IMG/VR virus record: IMGVR_UViG_3300025133_000020
Source of the DNA: a virus
Lineage: Duplodnaviria; Caudoviricetes
DNA length: 64,000 nt
Reading direction: 5' to 3' (one strand)
The notes beneath the pieces are model-generated. The model made no database searches, was not told the origin of the DNA, and saw nothing but the letters and a program-made list of their open reading frames with translations. Both the position numbers and the translations under genes were made by a program. Positions 36,917 through 46,900 of this stretch are shown here, piece after piece (within the stretch, counting starts at the first letter, position 1; the number at the start of each line of letters is the position of its first letter).

Positions 36917-39376
36917 ATGGCTGATGGAAGTAGAGAATTAAGAGAACATTTAGCCTTACTAAAGAAGATAGCCAAATATCAAAAAGATATGGGGTCTGGC
37001 TTCGATGGGTACTTAGATGGTATAAAGAAGCTTGGTATGCAGCAAGCTCAAATAGAACATCTATTAACCAGTCAGTACCAGCTACATGAAAAAATTATAG
37101 ACCTTGAACTTAGGAAAAGTAGAGCCACTGGAGTAGTGGCAGATGATTTACAAGACCAAATAGATGCGGCTATAGAGCTTAATGATGCTTACGAAGAGGG
37201 TATAGCCTTCGAACAACAACATTTAGACCTACTTAGGGAGAGTACTCAACAAGTAAGTTTACTTAATGTGGGTTATAAATCCATGGGTAAAGCTTGGAAT
37301 AAAATTCCAGGTCAAGCCAAGAAAATGTATGGTTGGGTTTCCAGCATGGCTGCTTTGGATATGTCCAAAGATATTAAGCAAGCCGAGCTTAGTATGGGTG
37401 TACTATCCAACCAATCCAAGTTCTTCTCTAAAACAATGTCCGATGCTTCCAAGTCCACCATTCAAATTGGTATTGGCGTATCCGACTTAGCGAAATCACA
37501 AGCTGAATACTCCGAGAGTATCGGTAGAAATATGATGCTTTCGGAAGACCAGTATCAAGCTATGGCTGAAATGGCTAAGGGTACTGTTCTGGGTGTTCAA
37601 GGTGCAGCAGAGATGGCAGCATCTATGGAAACCTTCGGGTTAAGTGTTGAAGGTTCTCGTGATATGATTCAGGAGACCGTGGATGCGGCTCAGAGTATGG
37701 GTACAAATACCTCTAAGACCATCAAAGAGCTTAGTAACGCTCTTAAATTGGCTCAGAGGTATCATTTCAAGGGTGGTATTAAAGGAATGGCTAGTATGGC
37801 TTCCTACGCAGCCAAAATGGGTATGGATATGGCTAATGTGGCTGGAATGGCTGAAAAGGTATTCAGACCAGAAGGTGCTGTTGAAATGTCAGCTAGATTG
37901 GCTACCATGGGTGGTCAAATGGCAAGACTTGGTGACCCGTTCACTTTGATGTTCAAGGCACGTAACGATTTAGAAGGCTTCATGAAAGATGTTGGGGCTG
38001 CGGCAGAAGAATTCGCTCAATTCAATGAGAAGACTGGTGAGTTCGATATTACTGGTCTACAATTAGATAGAATGCGAGAGTTAGCTGATATTACAGGACT
38101 TAGCGTTGAAGAGATGTCCAAATTAGCTAGGGAAGGTGCCAAATTCAGTAAAATAGAAAGATTAATACCAGCATCAATTGTGAGTGATGAAGATAGAGAT
38201 TTAATATCATCAATGGCTAGCTATGATGCAAAATCTAAGCAATGGGAAGTAACCATAAACGGTGACACCAAATTCCTTAGTGATTTAGACCAGACAGAAT
38301 TAGATATATATAAAAGAGACCAAGAAAGCCTTAAAGAACGAGCAAAACAAGCACAAACGTTTGATGATGCGTTTAATAATCTTGTTATGCAATTCAAGAC
38401 GGTTGGTTTACCATTCGTTGAAGCGTTGAATGAGCATTTCGTACCAGCACTAATTGAGTTCCAAAAGAAATTAATTGATGAGGGTTGGATTGATAAACTA
38501 AAGGAAGTTGCTGAAGATGTGGCGAGTTTTGTAGTAGGGGTAGGAAAAGTAGCTAAAACATTCATTGATATCTTTGGTATTAAAGGTACCGCTATAGCTC
38601 TTGGGTTAACGACAGTATTCTTCAATGCGGCTCAGTGGTACGCCAATGGTGTGGCATTAGCTAAAGGATTCAATATGGCTAGTGGTGAAGGTGGTGGATT
38701 ATTTGACATGTTTACTGGTGGTGGTAAAAAAGGTAAGAAAGGTAAAAGCAAGATACCCAAGATGGGTAAAATGGGTAAGCTGAGTAAGCTAGGTAAATTC
38801 GCAGCACCGTTAGCCCTTCTAGGTGCTGGTATGGATGGTATAACAAATGCTGGTGATGATTCATTAACTGGTGGTCAAGCTGTTGGGAAAACCTTAGACC
38901 AAAATAAATTTATGGGTATGGGTGCAGGTTTAGGCTTGCTTGGCGGTCCTTTTGCACCTCTTACTGTAGCTGGTGGTGCTGGTATTGGTGCAATAATAGA
39001 TTTAATAGCTAATAACATGTTAGGTGATGATGCGTTAATAGGTCACCACATGGGGCAATACAACATGGATGATGGTATCATCAAATTTAACCCACAAGAT
39101 AAATTCCTTCAAATGGATGATGGGATGGTTGCATCAACTGATAAAGGAAAAATTGATGACATCGCTAAGACTTCAAAAGATTCTGGTGGAAAAACTAAAG
39201 TCGAATTTGGTGATTTGAATATTAAAGGTGAAATCACTTTGAAGGATAATAACGGAAATAAGATTAATAGTAACCTACTTAAAGACCCATTCTTCATTAA
39301 AGAAATCACAAGTATGATACAACAACAGTTGAGTATAAATCTATCAGGTGGAAAATTAAATCCTAACCCTGCGTAA
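36917..39376 (+). CDS. Tape measure protein
   Basis: 819 aa, helical and Ala/Met-rich with a Gly-rich hydrophobic C-terminal region; follows tube and chaperone. Confidence 0.8.
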   Translation: MADGSRELREHLALLKKIAKYQKDMGSGFDGYLDGIKKLGMQQAQIEHLLTSQYQLHEKIIDLELRKSRATGVVADDLQDQIDAAIELNDAYEEGIAFEQQHLDLLRESTQQVSLLNVGYKSMGKAWNKIPGQAKKMYGWVSSMAALDMSKDIKQAELSMGVLSNQSKFFSKTMSDASKSTIQIGIGVSDLAKSQAEYSESIGRNMMLSEDQYQAMAEMAKGTVLGVQGAAEMAASMETFGLSVEGSRDMIQETVDAAQSMGTNTSKTIKELSNALKLAQRYHFKGGIKGMASMASYAAKMGMDMANVAGMAEKVFRPEGAVEMSARLATMGGQMARLGDPFTLMFKARNDLEGFMKDVGAAAEEFAQFNEKTGEFDITGLQLDRMRELADITGLSVEEMSKLAREGAKFSKIERLIPASIVSDEDRDLISSMASYDAKSKQWEVTINGDTKFLSDLDQTELDIYKRDQESLKERAKQAQTFDDAFNNLVMQFKTVGLPFVEALNEHFVPALIEFQKKLIDEGWIDKLKEVAEDVASFVVGVGKVAKTFIDIFGIKGTAIALGLTTVFFNAAQWYANGVALAKGFNMASGEGGGLFDMFTGGGKKGKKGKSKIPKMGKMGKLSKLGKFAAPLALLGAGMDGITNAGDDSLTGGQAVGKTLDQNKFMGMGAGLGLLGGPFAPLTVAGGAGIGAIIDLIANNMLGDDALIGHHMGQYNMDDGIIKFNPQDKFLQMDDGMVASTDKGKIDDIAKTSKDSGGKTKVEFGDLNIKGEITLKDNNGNKINSNLLKDPFFIKEITSMIQQQLSINLSGGKLNPNPA

Positions 39377-39398
39377 AAAAATTATTTTCTGGAAACCC

Positions 39399-39429
39399 TT
39401 GACTTTTCGAAAAAAAAGTTGTTTATTTG
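39399..39429 (+). promoter_or_regulatory. Orphan host-RNAP-type promoter
   Basis: TTGACT-N17-TTTATTTG; no long ORF follows until 39650, which has its own TATTTAT (39623). Confidence 0.6.
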
Positions 39430-39434
39430 TATCT

Positions 39435-39590
39435 CATGGGGGATTATAGGGGGTTTGGTATATCCCTTCGGGACAAAACAAAAAAACAAGAAAACAAAAA
39501 ATAAGGCTGAAAGCCAAGAGCCTGAAGGCCCTAATATAATAGATTATATAACTATTATATCAAGAGTGTGGTCGGTGAGACCCTTTTTCT
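39435..39590 (+). other. Candidate short transcript unit (origin primer RNA, ncRNA or 22-aa leaderless peptide)
   Basis: G5-N6-G5 tracts, A-rich tract, four or five small hairpins, then GGTC-ggtga-GACC plus T5. Confidence 0.35.
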
Positions 39591-39649
39591 TATTTACTTC
39601 GTGAAAAATTCCATTAAAATAGTATTTATATACAAACGTATGTATTACT

Positions 39650-42600
39650 ATGGATATCAATAGCACAGCACCAAGCTTAAGAGAAATATTATTAGGTAGA
39701 AACATCATTAGCGATAGTATTACCAACAATGGGTTGGCAGCTTTGGTTGAAGGTATTAGTAGTTTAGTTTCTATTGGACACCATACGCCAAATGTTCAAC
39801 CATCAGAAGACATAGAGCTTTTAGGTGAACTATATCGGGATTTACTAATAGTGAATAATAAGCACCAAGGGTCACTTGATGACCATAGGCGAATATCTAT
39901 CATCACTTTACCAAATGATGAAACAGGAGAAGAACCATACAACCCAACTCACGCTGATTTAATTGAGGATAGTCTACTACGTGGAGACTTAAACCTTATT
40001 AACAACAAATATAGAAATGTATTGGGTGAAACCCAAATAATTGATGTCAAGTTCGTACCACAGGATATAACAACTGTTAGCGAATATGGTTCAACTTCAG
40101 GTAAGCTTGGACATGACGAAGACTCAGAGCAATACAGGAAGGATAATACTACCAAATCTAAGTACTTAGATTGGGATGCTCAATTACTCAAAGATATCAT
40201 AACCACACCAGTGGTAACAGATAAGAACCTACCCAACTATAAGACCCGTATGGAAGGTATCTTAGGTAAAGGTGATGGTTCGGTTGCTTCTGCTGCCGCC
40301 AGCGTAATGGGTAAACTATTAGGTGGTACTCAACCCAATTATTCAGTAGGTGAACCAAACCCAGTATTCGATATCCAAGGTATTCTATCCAATTCAGATA
40401 TTGATGAAACACCACTTGGTGTTAATGCTGCTGAAGGATTGAATAATGCAATCTTAGCCAACATAGGTGCCAACCTATACGAAGAAACTATTGGTAATAT
40501 AAACACCAACCCACTTAGTGTGTTGATGGGGAATGATATAATTGTTCCCAACTACAGTATAACTGTTGCCAAGGGTACATTCGGGGGGCTTTTGGACTAT
40601 TCAGAGAAAATTCTTGGGTTACAAGTACCTGTAAGTCTATTATCTCAATCATCTTCCATATTTCAATCGGAAAACCCAGTACCTAACGTTCAAAGAGCTA
40701 ATAGCTTGATTGAAAACACAGGTAAAGGTCAAATACTTAGTCTATTTGCCAATTTGAGAGCAAGTTTATTGAACTCAAATAGTGTGAAAAGTGGATATGC
40801 TCCTGGTTTTGTGGACAAACGTGACCCAAATGGTGGGATAAATCCAAATATATACGCTTTCGCAGATAATGAAGGTGGTGTTATAGACTTCCTACATGGT
40901 ACTGAAAGTAACCCAATAGCTCAATCCAACTATAATGATAAATTAGCGGCTAACTCTGGGTTTAAGGGTATAGAAAACGTTAAAAGTGAGGTATTGGATG
41001 GTACTGCTGGTCAAGTAGATTTCACTTGGTCTGACCAATACTTAGGTGTTTACACCAACACTGATTTCGAAAAGAAGAGCATCCTATGGAAAACACAAAA
41101 CCTGTTCAATCAAGCGGATAGGATGGTTAACCTTACTACTGGTAAGTATGCTAAAGCTACTCAAGGTGAAACTAACACAACGGTTGATTCTGCTGCTGGT
41201 ACTATAATTTCAAAGGGTAGTGCGGTACGTAGATTTAACGATAGATTACCTGAAACAGACCCTGACAGAATGTTCAATAGAGCTTGGACTACTTTTGATA
41301 GGTATGACAGAGTTGAGAACTTACAAAAACATGCAACATTGGATTATAAGGCTGGTGTTAACGAAAGAAGCCTAAGAGGTGAATCGGTATTAGATGATAA
41401 TGGTTTTGTTAAGATAAGTGATTATGGTGATATAGATGGTGAAGCTACTGTTGCTAACTTAAGAGGTCATATGTTTTCAATTGAAAACTTGGCTTGGGCT
41501 GATGACCTAACTAAACTAATGCCAAGTGAAATTGGTAGAGGTGATACGGTAACTGGTAAGAAAGGTAGGGTGATGTGGTTCCCACCATACGAGATGAATT
41601 TTAATGATAATACCAGCGTTAACTGGGAGTCTACAGACTTCATTGGTAGAGGGGAACCAATATACACATACAACAATACTACTAGAATCGGTACGTTACA
41701 GTTTAAGATAATAATTGACCATCCATCATACATGAATAACCTTAAAGGTGAAAGCGACCAATTGATTGATTCGTTCTTTGCTGGTGAGTTTGATGTTGAT
41801 GATAGAGTTAAAAGTAAACTAAGCGCTGATGAGATTGCTACTGTTGAAGTTAAGAGGAATCAAGAAATTGATGATGTTAACCATACACCAACAGCGACAC
41901 CTGAACCTTTTAGTGTTTTCTTCCCGTATAATTCAAATACGATACAACCAGTAAACGTTGGTTATGAGGAAGGAGCTAATTTCAACTTCGTAACTAACCC
42001 ACAGGGGATTGATGAAGGTCTGGGTACTTATACTGATATGGATGGTATAACCAGAAACGATAACACTAACTTCACCCAGAATGATATTTATTGGGAAGTT
42101 ATAGAGGACATAGGAGATAAACTAAAAGAGTGTCCCGCTTGTAAGATTACTATAACAACTTATGGTGCTACAAACGAGAACAACTTAGCCAGATTCCAAA
42201 GGGCACAAGTTATTTATAATGAAATGGTCGCATTTAACGACCCTAACGACCCTGTAAAGGAAAAACGATATGAGTTAGTGGATGGTGGAGTATTACCAGT
42301 TCAACTATTTATGGTAAACCCAAGTACGGGTATTCCATCACCTTTACCGTTGGACACTGAGTCGGTTAAAAGTAAGATAAAGGTGAGCGTTAAGTTCCAA
42401 TTCGATGCTAAATTAGCGGAAGAACTTAACCCACAAAAGAAACGAGCAATACCTCAAGCGGATTCATTATTGAATCAAGGTCTTAAAAATAGGTTCTACA
42501 ATGAACTTGGGTTTTTTAAGAAATTACAACAGGATGATAAAGTCGTGTATGATAGTATTAGTGAGAAGATTGGTTTCTTCCACCCAGCTTTCCACTCTAT

Positions 42601-43588
42601 AACACCTGAAGGGTTTAACTCAAGATTGACCTTCCTACAGCAATGTACTAGACAAGGACCCACCCTAAGTGATAATCATGAGCGACCAGATAACCTTGCG
42701 TTTGGTAAGCCACCAGTATGTATACTTAGAATTGGTGACTTTTATCACACCAAGATTGTGATAGATAACTTGAGTTTTTCATATGAACCATTGGTTTGGG
42801 ATTTAAACCCTGAAGGTGTAGGTGTTCAACCAATGATTTGTACAGTGGATATGCAATTTGCCTTTATAGGTGGTTCAAGTATGAAAGGACCCATTAACAA
42901 ATTACAAAATGCGGTTAGTTTTAACTTCTTCGCTAATACTGAAATATATGACCCACGAGCCGATTGGATTTCTGGTGATGAAGTTATCAGTGGTGTTTCA
43001 CCTGATGAAACAGGTAAAGCTGCTGCTAGTAGTACTAATGGTGGTGGAAATACTAACGCACCTGTAACTAATCAAGCGGCAACGGCTGCTGCGGCTGTGG
43101 GTCCTACACAACCACCAACCGCACCAACGGGTACTGCTGCTGTTGCTACAACAGCCGCTACTGCAACTGTACCAACTATAACAGGATTTGACGGTATCCA
43201 ACTTCAATTAATGGCTGATGGTGCTCATCAACAAACTTATGGTGTTAGGGTTAGTGTTAAAACTGAAGCTATCTATAGTGGAAGTACATTACTACTAACT
43301 ACTCAAGAGTTAAATGATTTCGTTGGTAAGGGCGTTAAACTTACGTTGATTAGTCCAGCAGGTACCCTTAAAGCTAATGAGGTGGTTCCGTTAACTGGTA
43401 GTGATGGTAAGAGTTGGAACTTCTTGAGTGGTGGTCTAGGTTATCCGTTAGGTGAGACAGTACAAAGTGGTATTGGTATCCGAGGTATGTTTACTGGAGA
43501 CTACCAACTTAAGCTTGAATATAATGGTCAGACTATAGCCAATAAGGTTATAAATATACATGGTCAAACTAGTGAATATATAACATAA
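39650..43588 (+). CDS. Large baseplate protein (gp48/gp54-like tube-initiator fold plus degenerate OmpA-like domain)
   Basis: MWFPPY..F.DNTSVNW..TDFIGRGEPIYTY.NT.R.G.L.F tube-like motif; second block CILRIGDFYHTKIVIDNLSFSYE; OmpA-like segment at ~41900-42400. Confidence 0.65.
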   Translation: MDINSTAPSLREILLGRNIISDSITNNGLAALVEGISSLVSIGHHTPNVQPSEDIELLGELYRDLLIVNNKHQGSLDDHRRISIITLPNDETGEEPYNPTHADLIEDSLLRGDLNLINNKYRNVLGETQIIDVKFVPQDITTVSEYGSTSGKLGHDEDSEQYRKDNTTKSKYLDWDAQLLKDIITTPVVTDKNLPNYKTRMEGILGKGDGSVASAAASVMGKLLGGTQPNYSVGEPNPVFDIQGILSNSDIDETPLGVNAAEGLNNAILANIGANLYEETIGNINTNPLSVLMGNDIIVPNYSITVAKGTFGGLLDYSEKILGLQVPVSLLSQSSSIFQSENPVPNVQRANSLIENTGKGQILSLFANLRASLLNSNSVKSGYAPGFVDKRDPNGGINPNIYAFADNEGGVIDFLHGTESNPIAQSNYNDKLAANSGFKGIENVKSEVLDGTAGQVDFTWSDQYLGVYTNTDFEKKSILWKTQNLFNQADRMVNLTTGKYAKATQGETNTTVDSAAGTIISKGSAVRRFNDRLPETDPDRMFNRAWTTFDRYDRVENLQKHATLDYKAGVNERSLRGESVLDDNGFVKISDYGDIDGEATVANLRGHMFSIENLAWADDLTKLMPSEIGRGDTVTGKKGRVMWFPPYEMNFNDNTSVNWESTDFIGRGEPIYTYNNTTRIGTLQFKIIIDHPSYMNNLKGESDQLIDSFFAGEFDVDDRVKSKLSADEIATVEVKRNQEIDDVNHTPTATPEPFSVFFPYNSNTIQPVNVGYEEGANFNFVTNPQGIDEGLGTYTDMDGITRNDNTNFTQNDIYWEVIEDIGDKLKECPACKITITTYGATNENNLARFQRAQVIYNEMVAFNDPNDPVKEKRYELVDGGVLPVQLFMVNPSTGIPSPLPLDTESVKSKIKVSVKFQFDAKLAEELNPQKKRAIPQADSLLNQGLKNRFYNELGFFKKLQQDDKVVYDSISEKIGFFHPAFHSITPEGFNSRLTFLQQCTRQGPTLSDNHERPDNLAFGKPPVCILRIGDFYHTKIVIDNLSFSYEPLVWDLNPEGVGVQPMICTVDMQFAFIGGSSMKGPINKLQNAVSFNFFANTEIYDPRADWISGDEVISGVSPDETGKAAASSTNGGGNTNAPVTNQAATAAAAVGPTQPPTAPTGTAAVATTAATATVPTITGFDGIQLQLMADGAHQQTYGVRVSVKTEAIYSGSTLLLTTQELNDFVGKGVKLTLISPAGTLKANEVVPLTGSDGKSWNFLSGGLGYPLGETVQSGIGIRGMFTGDYQLKLEYNGQTIANKVINIHGQTSEYIT

Positions 43589-43905
43589 TGGCAGAATATT
43601 TCGATAGATACGCAGAATTCAGAACTAATGGTGGGGTAACCCCACTTCCTGGAATTAAATTACCTGAAGTTACCACGGATAAAGCGGTGGTATATAAAGT
43701 TGGTGAAACAAGGCTTGACATCTTAAGTCAGAAGTATTATAATAACCCTTATAGTGGGTTCTTAATCATGCTAGCCAATCCACGATATGGTGGGCTGGAG
43801 TTTGATATTAAGGATAGAGATGTTATAAGAATACCCTTTCCGTTCGAAAGTGCGGCTGAGAGATATGTCACAGGGGTAAAAGAATATAAGAGGTTATATG
43901 GTTAA
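43588..43905 (+). CDS. Baseplate wedge protein (gp53/LysM-like)
   Basis: YKVGETRLDILSQKYYNNP...IMLANP.....F.I.....IRIP. Confidence 0.75.
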   Translation: MAEYFDRYAEFRTNGGVTPLPGIKLPEVTTDKAVVYKVGETRLDILSQKYYNNPYSGFLIMLANPRYGGLEFDIKDRDVIRIPFPFESAAERYVTGVKEYKRLYG

Positions 43906-46900
43906 GAAAATACAAAACGTACCGCCAGAGTGTGGGAGAATTTTATATCACGACCCCAACCCTGCTGGGTCTACAATAGTACCACTTGAGAATCTATCAA
44001 TTGATGTTAATCTTGAGGTGAGTAAGAAGTCGCGTAGTATTATCACGAGTGGTAATGATTCTACGTTCTCATCATCGAGTAGTGGTACTAATGGTAAAAT
44101 ATCATTTCTTGATGGTAGTCCTTATGGTAGTGAAGGTAAGAGAGCATTAACTACCAGCTACACGAATATAGGAACCACATTCAACACATCAGGTGATGCG
44201 GATATGGAAGGGTTCGGTATGACCGATATTCAGATTGAATTTGATACTTCATATACACCTATGATTAAGATTAAGTTCGTTGATATTCGTGGTGGAATGC
44301 TAAGTAGACAATCAACGGCACCAGACCTTAATAGGTATAACCTATTCTTCGATTTACCTTACCCTATGTTCAGTTTAACTGTTAATGGGTATTACGGTAA
44401 AGCCGTAACATACTGCTTACACCTTATTAGATGGAATGCATCATTCAACACCGAAACTGGTAACTTCGAAATTGACGCTGAATTCATTGGTTATACTTAT
44501 GCTATTTTGACGGATATGTTAATGGGGTACCTTAAAGCTGTACCTAAGACTGCCATAGGTTCAATTAAATACAAAAAATTGGCTGATGAGTATAAGGATA
44601 GTGGTATACCCGTATACACAATAGATGAAATGCTGTATAACATTTCCAAACTTAATGATAACTTAAATGAGTTCAAATCGACCAACGAGGATTATGGTAA
44701 AATAGTCGCTATTGGTGAATCTATAGCTGTGGTTAAAGAAATGAAAGAGGCTATAGAGAACCTATTTTTTAGAATATCGATTAATAGGGAAAAACTTGCT
44801 GGTGACGACACATATCAAGTATATAGTGAGGACTTACAATATAGAGATTTAGGTCCCCCTGTAAGTACAGATGCGGTACTTACCGAAGAAGATGTTAATA
44901 ACCTTAAAGCTAATAATGAGGCTACTAAGAAGCAATCTGATAGTATTAGAGAAGTTGATAAGATTATTGATGATTATAACGTAACCATTGAGGATTTAGT
45001 TGATAAGTTATTGGCTATTAAAAACTCAGGTAATCCTGACCCAGAATTATTCAAGATTATACACACGTTCCCTATTAGTTATGATGATATCAGTAACGAA
45101 CCAACCAGTGGTAGTACTAGTGCCAAGGAACCTTTAGATGTATTCTTAAAGAATGATAAATACGTTGACCCAACAGAGAGAAAGAGGGCTAATGAGATTA
45201 GGGTTAAAATGCTCAATAAAATAAGAACTATAAAGAGTAAAGAGGATTTAACCTACCAAGTTTTAGATGCGTATAGAGCCGTATTGGAGATAAATCGATT
45301 AATAGATTTTTACTGTGATGAACAAAAAAGGCTTGAGGCTAGTTTATCCGAAAAGGTAAGGAAGTTTGTTGATGACGGGTTAGAATTCAAACCAACCATA
45401 AAATCGCTGGTGAGGACTCTTACGATGCATTGTGAGGTATTGTTAGAGACAATTATGGAAGTGTCTCATAAGGCTGAAGGCTCCGACATAAGGAGAACTG
45501 AACTAATTGAAAAACTTGGTATTGAGAATCTGGATGTTAAGGTACCACCAAAGCCTGCCAAAACTAAGGATAACAAAGGAACGGACGCTCCAATATACCC
45601 ATTCCCTATGTATAATGACGAGAATGGTGATGAAAAATGGATAGGTGATGAGGTGGAAAAAGGGACTGTTGATGAGGTGGATTTCACTATAGACTTATTG
45701 GATGCTCTTATACAGAGTAAAGAGTTTGATATAAAATTAGAAGCTCTGACCAACAGTGGTAAGGTGGATTGGTTTGCATTAACACCGTTGGATACTAAAG
45801 GTAGGTTACTGGGTGGTTTAGCTCTTAACCCATATAAGAATCCTGAACCAATACATCCAGATGAGACTATGCGTATTCTTATGTATAGAATGTTCTTATA
45901 TCTTGGTGTTGGTAACACTAAAGTGGACGATGAATTATTGACGTATATTGCTAAATTTGAGGCTCACAACTTATTCGATGGGGTTAACACAAAAACTGGT
46001 GAAATGCGTAAGCTACTTAACGCTAGTTATAATTCTGGTTCTGATATTATAACTCACTTCCTTAAGGGGTCGGATAATATTAAAAATCGTAACGGTTATA
46101 ATTCAGCCCAAGCCTATATGTTTGGGTCGGATGGTGATTATGTTTATTCATATATCACAGAGACAGCCAGCGTTATAGATAGAAGGGCTTATATACCTGT
46201 TAGTGATGGTTGGTCTGGAGAAAGATTCTACAATGGTAATGAGTTGAAGAATGAAAATGATTTAGCGCTACTGGGTGCTGGGGATAATAGGCTGACATTT
46301 ATTGGTAATTACATCAACGGAACTACTGGTACAACCAAACCATATGACGGTGCTCAATATCTTAAGATACTAGGGGCTAACAATTACAGTACAACACCTT
46401 TCACTAAACCTACCACTCTAACACCGAAATTGTATAAGAGTTATACTGAAAAATACACACCAGTAACCATAAGACCAACACAAAATAGTATAGTTAATTC
46501 CTTGGAAGATGATAAAGCTATCAAGAATTTAAACCCTATTTCTGGTAAATTTGGTACTACAGAATTCTTCGAAATTAATGCGGATAATTCTATAAGTGGT
46601 GATGGTAACATATCTGAACTGACCAAACTTAGTAACGGTAATACTAAAACAACCCCACTATTCTATGTGGATTGTAATAGAGGTTCTATATTGGGTAGTG
46701 GTAGTAAGGCTAAAACTATTGAAGGGCTTACCAGAATAGGTGAGAACAAAGCATTAGTGAATGAAGGTATATTAGGCTCCCCAAAAGAGTTGGTAGTACC
46801 AAGAGTTGAATTAGGTTGGGTAGATAGAACTGTTGGTTCTCAAAATGTGGTATACGCTAGTTTATTTGGTGTACCACTATATTACGCTCAAATAGCAGCA

